A stretch of 60,186 nucleotides of DNA, the filler included. It is 8 parts of 8 records of this genome, joined end to end, with 100 filler letters (N's around TTAATTAATTAA, not from the genome) between each part and the next. Parts side by side here need not be neighbours in the genome. Positions count along the whole stretch, not along the records: positions 6,419 to 13,224 come from DRR723986_27321; positions 13,325 to 22,361 come from DRR723986_27341; 6 more parts are not named here. One strand, written 5' to 3'. Both the position numbers and the translations under genes were made by a program. Numbering within the stretch: the stretch's first letter is position 1; every line of letters starts with the position of its first letter. Under the pieces are notes generated by a model. The model had not been told where the DNA came from and did no database searches. It saw only the letters and a program-made list of their open reading frames with translations. This document shows positions 9,901 to 20,878 of the stretch, one piece after another.

Positions 9901-12900
9901 CCCACGGCGTCGTGCCGGGGGCGATCCACAAGCGGTCGCCCGTGACCGGCAGGCTCAAGAGCGCCGACTCGTCGGCCAGGGGGTGCATCTTGAAGCTGTC
10001 CCCGGCGCCCTCCGTGCTCCACACCACCCGCACGCCAAAAAACTCGAGCTCGGTGTACTTGCCGACCTGCGAGAGCGCGCTGGGGAAGCGGTGCAGCGAC
10101 GCAAAGTCCGTGGACACGCCGAGCGCCTTGGCCTTCAGCAGGCGCGCCACGTCGTGGTTGTGGAGCAGCGTCGCCATCCGCAGCAGCCGCAGCACCACCG
10201 AGGGCAGCGCGTCCTGGCCCGCGGCGGGCTGCAGGCGGTGCTTTTGCAGCAGGTGCGAGGGCGAGCTGCCCAGCGTGTCGTCCACGTCGTCCAGCTTGAC
10301 GCCGGCCCCCAGGAACGTCGGGGCGGTCCGAGGGGGGAAGAGCAGCGCAACGTCCATGCTGATGCGCGGCGCGCCCAGCTCGGCGGTGACCTTGTCGAGG
10401 TGCATGAACATTCGGCCGAGGCCCGCGTCGCCCGCGCGCACCGCGTGGGGCAGCGGCACGGCGGAGGCCGACACCAGCTCCAGCCCCGTCACCGGCAGGT
10501 CGGGGACGCGCGTTGGCCCGCACAGCCCCGCGCAAAAGGCCGCGAAGAGCACGCCCGGCGCACTGTCCACGCTGGCGTCGCCCACCGCCGCCTGCGCGGA
10601 CGCCACCACGGCGGGGTCGGGGGTGGTGCTGAAGTGCGCGTCGCTCAGCGCGTAGGCGAAGCGGAGGAACCCCGCGTCGGGGCGCCTGGACACGGGCATG
10701 TCCGGCCCCGCCAGGTCCGTCAGCCGCTTGCGGATCGGCGCCGAGTCCACCTCCACCACCACGCTCGCCGAGTAGTCGTCCAGCGCGATGGCCAGCAGCG
10801 ACGAGTCCAGCGCCCCGTGCAGGCGCGCGGCCTCGGCGTACTCGCCCTCCAGCCGGGCCACCTCCGCGCGCAGCTCCGCCTCCGGCTTGCCCTCCAGCTC
10901 GCCGAGCCGCTCCAGCATTTGGGGGCGCGCGGTCGCGGCGCGGAAGATGCGCTCCAGCAGGTCCGGCTTGGCAGCGAGCGCTTCGAGGTCCTTCTCGTCC
11001 GTTGGCCTCCACGCCCGCGACATTTGGAACTGGGCGTGCGTGGGCGAGCCGAGCGCGTCCGGGCCAAACACGACCACGCGGTCCAGCGCCACCCTTGCCC
11101 TCGACTCGTGCACGGCGCCCACGCCCACCACCACCCCGCGCATCACGAGCGGTCGTTCCATTCTGACGGTCACCTGCGACGACCGCTCGCACACCACCCC
11201 CGACGCGCTGTCGCCACCGTCGCGGTTGCTGGCAACGTTGTCGCCGTCGCCGTCGCCGTCACTGTCGTCCTCGCCTTCGCCTTGTGCGCTCGGCACGTCC
11301 AGGCGACAGCCCTCAGGGACAATGTAGTGCTTGCCTGGGCGCAGGCGGGTGCGCTGGTTGGGCGAGCAGCGCCGGTGGACGCACACGGACAGGCTGATGC
11401 GGGTCGGGGCGAACTGGTCGGTGATGTCGTGCAAGTGCACCACCACCTCGCCCACGAACTCGCGCCTGGCATGCAGCAAGAACACGCCGGACCCCTTCGA
11501 CTCGACCGCCAGTGCCACGCGCTGCGGGCGCGCGGGCGGGGCGTCAGCGATGTTCACCATGGAGCGCCACGACGCGGCGCCGTACCCTGCCTCCACTCCA
11601 AGCTTGGCGAGGGGCGCGCCGCACCCTTGGCGGCCTCCGAACACGCCCTGCAGAAACCCCACCGCTGCCTGCTCTTCCTCGAACGCGCGCATTGCGGCCT
11701 GGCGCTGGGCACCCGAGGTCAGCATGTACGGCGGCATTGCCTGCGCGTACGCCCGGGAATTGCCGTCGCGCCCGAGCAGCGCCTGGAACTCCACCGTCAC
11801 CGACGACGGGTTGAAGTGCGCCGTGTTGTTCCTGCCGTAGTGTCGTGACGCGTGCACGTCGACGCGCGTGGAGCGCGCGATCAGCATGGACAGCCCTTGC
11901 TTGGCCTCGGACAGCAGCTTGTTGGCGTGCGCGAGCGGCTGTCCGGCGGCACAGTCCGGTCGTGCCCACCGCGCGTCCCAGCAAAGCCCCCACGCGCGCT
12001 TGAACCGCGTGGACGTCGTGGTCATCCCGGCGATCTCGCACGTCTCGCGCAGGCTGGCAATGTGCTCGCGGTACGGCTCTGTGGGGTGGATGCACTGGGC
12101 GACCTTGGGGATGCAGTGCTCGGCAAGTTGTGATGCTTGGCGGCATTCTGAGTGGACCCAACGCACACACGCGCGCACGCAACCCTTGTCAGGACAGGGC
12201 ACGGTGTGCACAGAGAGAAGGGAGAGAGGGGGGAGAACGGGGGAAACGGCTGGTGTGCTCCCTCACCCGAGTCGGCCTCGATGGTCACCGGCGAATCGGC
12301 CACGAAGGTGTCGAACACCCCTCCAAGGAGCCCCACCTTTGTGCGCTCTGTCATTGGAGGAGGGCAAGTGGCAACGGCACAAGGACCGGGTTGGGGAGGC
12401 GAGGCGACAAGGGGGAGGCAACAAGGGGGGAGGCAACACACACCGACGTTCCAACCCAGATAGCGCGCAAGCAGCTTGTGAACGCCCCTCCACGGGATGT
12501 ACCGCTCGAGCTGGAGGCAAGTCTGTGGCTCGTCGCTCTCCTGTCTCCGGGCGTTTCTTTCAGAGGTGGACATCTGGGCACAAACGACGCGGACAAGGTC
12601 GACCCCATTTGCCACCTGCGCAGCAATTGCCACCAAGTTGCGCACACACGCACCTTCCTGAGCGACTCGGCCTCGGCGCGCAGAGCTCGTTGCAGTGCGG
12701 GCAACTGAACGTCCCATCCTCCCATCGCGTCGATGGCAGCCACCACACTGTCCACGGTGAAGCAGCCCTCCAGTGCGTAGTAGTGCCACAGGTAGCGATT
12801 CATGACTGCTCCCCCGACAATTGAAATCGCTGGTTGAGCAACCCCCCCAAAAAAACCAAAGCAGGGTGCCAAAGAAAACTCACTTCCCTTGGACCATGCA

Positions 12901-13160
12901 TACATCGGCTGCTTGAAGAGCGGAACGTCCGTGGTGTTGGACAGCGCTTCGAAGACCAGCGTGCCCTCCGCGGCAAAGAGGGTGCGACTCGACCCCCGCT
13001 CACTGGCCTTGGGTCGCATCATCGAGAACTCGCCGTGCCCATCCAGCGCGACGTGCGTCTTTGCACCAACGGTGATGCTCAGTGCGCTCGGGAAGAAATT
13101 GAGCTCGTCGGTGGTCGAGGGCGTCCACCCCGCCGCGCACTGGGCGGTGTGCCAGCGAAG
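6974..13160 (-). CDS. Large spliced eukaryotic gene (about 2000 aa, 5' end missing), possibly SAC9-like
   Basis: High-GC3 minus-strand exons (about 6974-8405, 8544-12148, plus smaller exons between 12267 and 13160) separated by GTGAG...CAG pyrimidine/GT-rich introns. Exon boundaries are approximate and the family call is only an inference. Confidence 0.75.
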
Positions 13161-13199
13161 TCTGAAGCAACGACGGGTCAGTGCACCATGGGTGCATCC

Positions 13200-13224
13200 A
13201 ACACACACACACACACACACACAC
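13200..13224. repeat. (AC)n microsatellite at contig end
   Basis: About 12 AC units; a shorter AC run is at the other contig end (6423-6432). Confidence 0.9.
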
Positions 13225-13324
13225 NNNNNNNNNNNNNNNNNNNNNNNNNNNNNNNNNNNNNNNNNNNNTTAATTAATTAANNNNNNNNNNNNNNNNNNNN
13301 NNNNNNNNNNNNNNNNNNNNNNNN

Positions 13325-13371
13325 ACACAAGGATTTTCAGTCCTTTGCTCTACCGACTGAGCTACCTGACC
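13325..13371 (-). tRNA. tRNA-Phe(GAA), 5' part (cut by contig end)
   Basis: Minus strand GGTCAGGTAGCTCAGTCGGTAGAGCAAAGGACTGAAAATCCTTGTGT shows a D-arm and an anticodon arm AAGGA-CTGAAAA-TCCTT. Confidence 0.93.
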
Positions 13372-14073
13372 ATTTGTCAATGTGTCCCGTTTCAAAAACA
13401 GGAAGCGCAAATATAGCTGCCTTTATGCTGCCTGCCAAACGAAAAATGAATTCTTCGCCAAAAAGTTTTACACCGCCGCCTCATCCGCGCCATTTCAGGT
13501 CCACATTGCGCGCCATTTCCGGCAATTTTTACGTTGCGTGTATCTACCATTTTCCGATTGCAGCGCCACTTCCCGTGCAGACACGGCCCTGCGGCTCGCT
13601 TTTTGATTTCCATGTTTGTCGCTACGTCTCCAGCCCCAAACCGCACAGCCTTTACGTCTTTTTGCCGCAAAGCGCCTAAGCCCCAATTCCACGAGTCTGT
13701 CAGCGGAACTCAGGTTGTCCATTCATGTGTCTCAGAAACTACAAGCTGCGTAACTCAAATCCTTTAGATTGTCGCAGGGCTGGAATCCCAACCGGACATA
13801 CGCTGTGCCGAGACAGCATCCTCACTCCAGATCCAATGTCCTCCGCCTTGATGAATTAAATTCTCACTCAATCTCCCGGTTCTTAGGACTCGCTCCTGAC
13901 TGAGTGGCTTTTGGTTCACCATCGTCAAGCGAGAATCTCAGATTAAATGCATTGGGCCTCGAAACTACGTGACTAACAAAAAAACAAGCCAGCCACAAGC
14001 CCAAAACCAGACAGAACGAAGGCGCAGAGGCGCAGCGATGCTGCGAGCGCCGGAACGGCAAGCGAGAAAGACG

Positions 14074-14787
14074 CCCGCTCCGCCGCCGCCAGGTTGTCAA
14101 CCCCAAATCAGCACATCCCTCCTTAGCGCCCATCTTCCAGAGCAGCGATGTATTCAAAAAATTCAGTTAACAGTTCAACACGTTTTGACCCGGTCGATAC
14201 GCAGTTTCGCTCCTCGCGTACTTCCCTGCAAACACATTCGTTTGAACTACCCCAGTTTCCACATGAACGGGCGCTTTTTGCCAATAAACGGACCTTGAAC
14301 CGACTGCTCGCGACGCCAAAATGCTGTAAGCCGCTGGTCTTTTGTGCCCTAAGAATGTTGTTTTCAGGGGTATTTTCAGGGATATTTTGGGTGTTATTCT
14401 CGGTGTTATTTTGCCAGACACAATCAGAATGCCAGTTTCGTGGTCAATTGGCGAAAATGGCTACCAGATGTCTTGAATACTGCAATCCTCAAATTTTTGC
14501 CTTGCCTTGCAGGACAGGAATTGCGAGCTTAAATGTGGGTCCTCTTTGTGAAATCAATTGGGCCCACCCGCTCCGCCACCACCTCCAGATTGTCAACCCC
14601 AAATCAACACATCCCTCCTTACCGCCCATTCGCCTGAGCAGCTGTTTTCGATTAAAATCCTGTTAACTAATCAATACTTTTTGAGCCGATCGCTCCACAG
14701 TTTCGCAGTATTCCAACTCCCCCGCAAACGCAATAAATTCAGTGGACCAAATCTCAGCATGAACGGCCGCAATTCGGCATTCAACGG
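14074..14787 (+). repeat. Two diverged direct repeats of about 215 bp (14074-14291 and 14567-14787)
   Basis: Shared ttgtcaaccccaaatca.cacatccctcctta.cgcccat ... cagtttcgc ... catgaacgg.cgc; about 70% identity by manual alignment. Confidence 0.85.
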
Positions 14788-15080
14788 CAAACAAAATGTC
14801 AAACAAAAAGGTAAACGAATGCCAAACAAGCAGCAGAAAAATTGCACAATCCAACATAATTTCCAGCAAGCGACCAACAAATCGTCTCGCAAAAAAACAT
14901 GAAACGCAAACATCGATTCTTTGAGGGCAAGACCGGCAAAAACCGTAACTCCACTACTTCCCGTCCTATTCCAATTTGCGACCGCTTACCCACGTCAAAC
15001 GCCACTTTTAAGCCAGTTAACAGGCCGTTGAGTTTTTTGCTGTTCCAAGCTGACAGAAAATTCGCGACATTTGCCGCCGT

Positions 15081-18000
15081 ATGCACAGCCAAGATATTCG
15101 CCTTTCTGAGCGCCGGCGCGCCGAACTCTATTTTAGTCGCTTGCGCGAAATCATCGAACATCGTTCGGACGGTCCGCGTGAACAGCTTCTGCGGATATGT
15201 GAGACGCAGGCTGAGTTCGCACGTGAAACCCTGCGCGATCATCCGCAACTCTTTGGTGACAGCAGCGCGCGCCTCCTCTTCCTCGTTGACCTCTCGGACG
15301 TCACGGAAAACCTGGCTGAAGAAAATGCGGCGCTGGACGCTTTGGGGCGCCATCTGGAAATGCACCCCGAATCTCATGTTTCCGATGCGACGCTCCTGGG
15401 TGGACTGCGCGCACTCTGCCTGCTGATTTCGCAGGTTGCCGCCGTAAAAACCCCGGTAGACCTGCAGGCACTATTCGTCAAAACCAAACCGCTTGAGCGC
15501 GCCGGCGTCGGCAATCAACATGAACGCATTGCCATGTTGCGCGCCACCGTCCTGCACTTTGAAGAACTGGAACGCCTGGATTCCGGCTCCAAAAAAGTCT
15601 GCGCGCACTGCCGTGCCGATGAACTCGGCGAATTCAGACTGATTTTGTGGAATGAATGGAGCGACCTGAGCCGCCTGGCATGGCCCTTTGCCTCACTGCA
15701 GCTGTTTAACCTGGTGCGTGCCGAAGACGATAAAACGCTTTGGTCCACCAGCCGCAACTCAATTGTAGTCCTCGAACCGGACATTTTGGTCGACGCAACG
15801 GAAATTGCCGACTGCTTTCTGCACAACGGTATAAATCCCTGGATAGCGCTGCTCCGCAAATTTTCGCTGACCGACGCCAGCGGCCCAATGGTGCTGGGCA
15901 ATGTTGTTAACTACCTGCTCGATGATCTGGTCGCGCATGGCCCGCGCGATCCACTTGAAGTCATCAATGCCGGGCTGCGCCAGCGACTGATCTCAACACT
16001 GACGGTTTTTGCCGACCGGCCCAATGCCGCCGATGAGCTGCGCGACATTGCACGCATTCACTATGAGAACCTACAAAAAAGTCTGCGCGGTCTGGAGTTA
16101 AACAACGCCGAAGTTGAACCCAGTTTTGCCGCGCCGCGTTATGGACTGCAGGGGCGGCTGGACCTGATGCTCGCATTTCCGGAAGAACCGCAGCGCCGCG
16201 ATATTTTCGAACTCAAAAGCGGCAAACCACAGAGTTCGGCTGAAGGCATCTGGCGCAATCATTTGGCGCAGGTAGCCTGTTACGACTTGCTGCTGGACGC
16301 CTCGCTGCCCGGCCGGCGCGGTGCCAGCGCTATCCTGTATTCGCGCGACGATGAACACTCGATCCGTCCTGCTCCGCGCAACCTTTCTCTGCGGCGCGAA
16401 GTCATAATCGCGCGCAACTGCATCGTGGCGCTCGAATATCTGCTTGCCAACCGCAAGGCCAAAGTCCTCAAACGTCTGCAGCCGGGTCACGCCGGCCAGC
16501 TCCCCAGTTATGCCGAGCCGGACCTGCTGGCTTTCCACACCGATTATTCGACCGTCAGCAACCTTGAGCGCAAATACTTCCTGCTTTTTGCGGCATTTAC
16601 GGCACGTGAGCATTGGGCCGGCAGGCTGGGTGGTGAACGCAATGATGGTTTTGCGACGCTGTGGCGCCGCAGCCTGAGCGAAAAGACGGCTGCGATGCGC
16701 GCATTGGCGCCCTTGCATCTGGATCGTGAAGCGAGCGACTTTGAGCGCATTCGCATTCGTTTGCAGTTTTCAGGCCAGGATGGCCGGCTCTCTACGATAC
16801 GGCGGGGTGATGTGGCGATCCTCTATCCCTTTCCGGCAGACCCGCACGAACGGCGTGAACCGGGCCTGATGTTGCGCGTTCTGGTGCGTGAGATCGATGC
16901 CGCGGGTGTTCTGGTGAGCGTCCGCAGCCGCCGCGTGGACTCGACTATGTGGACCAGCGTCGAAGCCTGGGCGCTTGAGCACGACTTCATGGGCACGCCA
17001 TTTAAGGCGATGTACGAGTCTCTGCGCGAATTCATGGCGGCTGACCGCCGCACACGCCACCTGCTGCTGGGCCTTGAAGCGCCCGTCAGCACCCCGCCCG
17101 CCGAACCGCTGCCACAGGAGTTAACTGGCGGACTTACTGACGAACAGAAAACTCAACTGCAGCGTGCGCTTGCGGCACGTGACTACTACCTGCTGCAGGG
17201 GCCGCCGGGCACCGGCAAAACTTCGCGGATGCTCAAAAGCATGGTTGCCGGCCTCTATGCCGATCCAAACGAAACGATTGCCGTGATGGCGTTTACCAAT
17301 CGCGCCGTCGATGAAATCTGCGACGTCCTGCTTAAAGCCGATCCGCCGCTGCCCTTTGTGCGCCTTGGCGGAATCGACAGCACGTCCTTTCCGGAGACCA
17401 CACTATCGGCCAAACTGGCGGAGAGTGACTTTGATGCGGCATCTAAACTGATCTACTCAACGCGCATCCTGGTCGGCACGGCCGCGTCGATGAACTCACA
17501 GCGCGAATTAATGCAGCTGCGCGGCTTTACCAGCGCGATCATCGATGAAGCTGCACAAATCCTTGAACCGCAAATCGCAGGCCTCCTGACGCGCTTTAAG
17601 CGCCGCATTTTGATCGGCGACGAAAAACAACTGCCCTCGGTCGTTACACAGGCCGAAAGTGGACTGACCGTCAGCGACAGCGAACTGCATACGATTGGCC
17701 TGCGCGACGTGCGCCGTTCCCTCTTTGAGCGCCTGCTGGAACGCTGCCGCCAGGAGGGCTGGAATGAGGCCTGGGGCGCCATCAGTTATCAGGGGCGTAT
17801 GCACGCAGACCTGATGCACTGGCCGAATCAACGATTCTACGGCGGCATTCTCAAAACCTTTGCCGACTGGCAGCAGGAGGTGACGATCCACCCGCAGCAG
17901 AGCGAGTCTCAAACTGAAAAACGACGCCTGACCCAGGCACTGCTGCAACACCGCCTGGTATTCCTGGGCACCAGAGCTGAAAGCGGCACACGCATCCACC

Positions 18001-18434
18001 AGGCCGAAGCCGGCGCAGCGGCCGAAGTAGTTCGCCGCCTGGTTGATATCTTTGCCGAAAACTTCAATGCCGAAAGTATTGGAGTAATCACGCCCTTCCG
18101 CACACAGATAGCCGCCGTGCAGCAGGCCATCCAAAATGCGATTGGTCCGGAGCTGCAAGCCAAAGTGCGCGTCGATACCGTCGAACGTTTCCAGGGCGCC
18201 GAGCGCGAAGTAATTATTTTGTCAACGGCTATCAGTCATCCGGCCCAACTGCGTGCCATGACTGCGCTGAACATCGACGGCAGCGTCGATCGCAAGCTGA
18301 ACGTTGCAATGACGCGGGCGCGGCGCCAATTCATTCTGATTGGAGTCGAAGAAATTTTGCGGCTCAGCCCGCACTATGCAGACCTAATCCGGCATATTCG
18401 CAAAAATGGAGAAGCGATTTTGCTACCCGGATAG
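15081..18434 (+). CDS. Dna2-like PD-(D/E)XK nuclease fused to an SF1B (UPF1/NAM7-like) helicase
   Basis: Nuclease motifs YGLQGRLD, ELKSGK, H.AQV..Y; helicase motifs QGPPGTGKT, IIDEAAQ, LIGDEKQLP, RMH, DTVERFQGAE, LNVAMTRAR. Confidence 0.9.
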   Translation: MHSQDIRLSERRRAELYFSRLREIIEHRSDGPREQLLRICETQAEFARETLRDHPQLFGDSSARLLFLVDLSDVTENLAEENAALDALGRHLEMHPESHVSDATLLGGLRALCLLISQVAAVKTPVDLQALFVKTKPLERAGVGNQHERIAMLRATVLHFEELERLDSGSKKVCAHCRADELGEFRLILWNEWSDLSRLAWPFASLQLFNLVRAEDDKTLWSTSRNSIVVLEPDILVDATEIADCFLHNGINPWIALLRKFSLTDASGPMVLGNVVNYLLDDLVAHGPRDPLEVINAGLRQRLISTLTVFADRPNAADELRDIARIHYENLQKSLRGLELNNAEVEPSFAAPRYGLQGRLDLMLAFPEEPQRRDIFELKSGKPQSSAEGIWRNHLAQVACYDLLLDASLPGRRGASAILYSRDDEHSIRPAPRNLSLRREVIIARNCIVALEYLLANRKAKVLKRLQPGHAGQLPSYAEPDLLAFHTDYSTVSNLERKYFLLFAAFTAREHWAGRLGGERNDGFATLWRRSLSEKTAAMRALAPLHLDREASDFERIRIRLQFSGQDGRLSTIRRGDVAILYPFPADPHERREPGLMLRVLVREIDAAGVLVSVRSRRVDSTMWTSVEAWALEHDFMGTPFKAMYESLREFMAADRRTRHLLLGLEAPVSTPPAEPLPQELTGGLTDEQKTQLQRALAARDYYLLQGPPGTGKTSRMLKSMVAGLYADPNETIAVMAFTNRAVDEICDVLLKADPPLPFVRLGGIDSTSFPETTLSAKLAESDFDAASKLIYSTRILVGTAASMNSQRELMQLRGFTSAIIDEAAQILEPQIAGLLTRFKRRILIGDEKQLPSVVTQAESGLTVSDSELHTIGLRDVRRSLFERLLERCRQEGWNEAWGAISYQGRMHADLMHWPNQRFYGGILKTFADWQQEVTIHPQQSESQTEKRRLTQALLQHRLVFLGTRAESGTRIHQAEAGAAAEVVRRLVDIFAENFNAESIGVITPFRTQIAAVQQAIQNAIGPELQAKVRVDTVERFQGAEREVIILSTAISHPAQLRAMTALNIDGSVDRKLNVAMTRARRQFILIGVEEILRLSPHYADLIRHIRKNGEAILLPG

Positions 18435-18571
18435 CGGAATTGCCGCACAAGAATCGTGAACCTTCGTAAAAAATTTGTAGTTTTGCGCTTTTGAAAATTG
18501 CCGAAACGTCCTGTCTCTGTTCTCTTGTCTTCTCCTTGTAATTTTGTCCAATTCTAGCCCGGAGTAGTCGC

Positions 18572-20179
18572 TTGGCGAAGAATACGCGTTATCTCTTCAT
18601 TACTGGTGGTGTGCTTTCCTCTCTTGGTAAGGGCATCGCCTCAGCTTCGCTCGGTCTCTTGCTGCAGGAACGCGGCCATACCGTGACGATTGCCAAGTTT
18701 GACCCATACATCAATGTTGACCCGGGCACCATGAGCCCTTTTCAGCACGGTGAGGTCTACGTTACCAGCGATGGTGCCGAGACCGATCTTGACCTCGGTC
18801 ATTATGAACGCTTCCTCGACATCCAGTTGAGCCGCGCAAATAATACCACCGCAGGCCAGGTGTACTACGATGTAATAACTAAAGAACGCCAGGGCAAATA
18901 CCTTGGTAAAACGGTACAGGTTGTACCGCACATTACCAACGAAATCAAGAAACGCATGGCGATTTTTGACGGCAAATACGATGTCGTCATAATCGAAATC
19001 GGTGGCACCGTGGGTGACATCGAGTCATTGCCGTTCCTTGAGGCCAGCCGTCAGCTGACCATTGAAAAAGGACGCAGCCGCATCCTCAATGTGCACCTGA
19101 CCTATGTGCCCTACATCAAAGCCGCCGGTGAACTCAAAACCAAACCGACACAGCACTCTGTTAAGACGCTGATGGAATACGGTATCCAGCCGGATATCCT
19201 CCTCTGCCGCTCAGAGCACAAGCTGTCGCGCGAACTGCGCAACAAAATTGCCCTCTTCTGCAATGTGGAAGAACAGTCGGTAATTGAAGCGCTGGACGTT
19301 GAGACGATCTACGAGGTACCGCTGACCTATCGGCGCCGTAGCCTGGATGAAATCGTCTGCCAGAAACTCGACCTCAAAAGCGAACGTCCCAAAATGACGA
19401 CCTGGTCGCGGTTTGTGGGCAAAATCAAGAACCCCAGCGACGAAGTCGAAATTGCATTTGTGGGCAAGTACACGCAGTACAAGGATGCCTACAAAAGTAT
19501 CATCGAAGCCATGATCCATGCCGGTGCCGTCGCCAATACACGCGCAAATCTGCGTTGGATCGACAGCGAAGCTCTGACGGAAGAAGAACTCAAAGCTGAA
19601 TTGAAAAACATTCACGGCGTCCTCGTAGCACCTGGATTCGGTAGCCGCGGCGTTGAAGGTAAAATCAGTGCGATCCGCATTGTACGTGAAAACGACATTC
19701 CCTTCTTCGGGATCTGCCTCGGCCTGCAATGCGCCGTCATTGAGTTCGCGCGCAACGTCTGCAATCTGGAAGCTGCCAATTCAGGTGAGTTTGGCAAGTT
19801 CGAACACAACGTTATCGACCTGATGCCCGACCAGAAAGGCCTGGTCAACAAAGGTGGTACGATGCGCCTCGGTGCCTATCCCTGCGTACTCAAGGAAGGG
19901 AGCAGAGCCCGCGAAGCCTACAAAGCCGACGTCATCAACGAACGCCACCGGCATCGTTATGAAGTCAACAACGAGTATCGCCCACTGCTTGAAGAGCACG
20001 GCATGGTATTCAGTGGGCTCTCACCCGACGGCACGCTGGTTGAAATGATTGAATTGCCCGAACTGCGCTGGTTTTTAGCTGGTCAGTTTCACCCCGAATT
20101 TGAGTCGACGGCCGTCAGTGGACATCCACTGTTCGTTGGATTCATCAAAGCTGCTCGCGCGTTCAAACAAGACGCATGA
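18572..20179 (+). CDS. pyrG: CTP synthase
   Basis: [46 protein letters not shown] and QFHPE motifs; TTG start after a GGAG RBS. Confidence 0.98.
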   Translation: MAKNTRYLFITGGVLSSLGKGIASASLGLLLQERGHTVTIAKFDPYINVDPGTMSPFQHGEVYVTSDGAETDLDLGHYERFLDIQLSRANNTTAGQVYYDVITKERQGKYLGKTVQVVPHITNEIKKRMAIFDGKYDVVIIEIGGTVGDIESLPFLEASRQLTIEKGRSRILNVHLTYVPYIKAAGELKTKPTQHSVKTLMEYGIQPDILLCRSEHKLSRELRNKIALFCNVEEQSVIEALDVETIYEVPLTYRRRSLDEIVCQKLDLKSERPKMTTWSRFVGKIKNPSDEVEIAFVGKYTQYKDAYKSIIEAMIHAGAVANTRANLRWIDSEALTEEELKAELKNIHGVLVAPGFGSRGVEGKISAIRIVRENDIPFFGICLGLQCAVIEFARNVCNLEAANSGEFGKFEHNVIDLMPDQKGLVNKGGTMRLGAYPCVLKEGSRAREAYKADVINERHRHRYEVNNEYRPLLEEHGMVFSGLSPDGTLVEMIELPELRWFLAGQFHPEFESTAVSGHPLFVGFIKAARAFKQDA

Positions 20180-20330
20180 TGTAAGCAGGGCCGGCGCAAC
20201 GAGACCCTTGGTACAAGGATCCGGGACAAAAGATTTTTGCATGCAACGCAATCCCAGCGGGAATTACAACGTCTGCAATCATGTTAATCCCGGACTTCTG
20301 TAGCAATTACTATCGCATACGCCAATTCCG

Positions 20331-20837
20331 ATGAAATCTATCAAGCCAAGCCGGGTGCGCTTCCACAAGACAATTCTGATTGCCCTGGCTGTTCTCGCGC
20401 TGCAGTTCGCTCTGGACCTGCAGTCACACAGCCCTCTTGCAAATCAGGAATTGATGGCACAACAGGATTCGTCCACAGCGGCAAAGGGAGCCGCCAAGGA
20501 CACTCTGACGACCAAAAGCGGACTCAAATACATCGACAAACAAGTGGGCAAAGGCAAACACGCAGCGCAAAACTCCACTGTGTTTGTGCATTACGTGGGC
20601 AAACTCAAAGGTGGCAAAGTCTTTGACAAGTCGAATCGCCGCGGACGCCCATTTGTGTTTAAGCTGGGAGCAGGCGAAGTCATCAAAGGCTGGGACGAAG
20701 GGATTCTCGGCATGAAAGTTGGCGGCAAACGCACCCTGATTGTTCCCCCTGAACTGGGCTACGGTAAAAAACAGTATGGCCCAATTCCCGCAAATGCAAC
20801 GCTCTACTTCGAAGTCGAATTGATCGACGTACGCTAG
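20331..20837 (+). CDS. Exported FKBP-type peptidyl-prolyl isomerase
   Basis: [27 protein letters not shown] and IPANATL.FEVEL motifs; N-terminal signal-like segment. Confidence 0.95.
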   Translation: MKSIKPSRVRFHKTILIALAVLALQFALDLQSHSPLANQELMAQQDSSTAAKGAAKDTLTTKSGLKYIDKQVGKGKHAAQNSTVFVHYVGKLKGGKVFDKSNRRGRPFVFKLGAGEVIKGWDEGILGMKVGGKRTLIVPPELGYGKKQYGPIPANATLYFEVELIDVR

Positions 20838-20878
20838 AAATGATTGTGGCACTCTCTCAATCAGAATAGGCCAAAACG

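Noticed and set aside
6749..11848. Very long overlapping ORFs (579, 825, 1114 and 1334 aa)
   Set aside because: Antisense or shifted shadows of a high-GC3 gene; Arg/Ala/Gly-rich and without motifs.
14074..14787. DGR template/variable repeat pair
   Set aside because: Mismatches are not adenine-specific on either strand, and no reverse transcriptase is present.
14799..15426. ORFs 14799-15377(-) and 14899-15426(+)
   Set aside because: They overlap the helicase gene and have no recognisable features.
15081..18434. Cas4 or CRISPR-associated nuclease
   Set aside because: The nuclease is fused to a UPF1-like helicase in Dna2 architecture, in a housekeeping context with no array.
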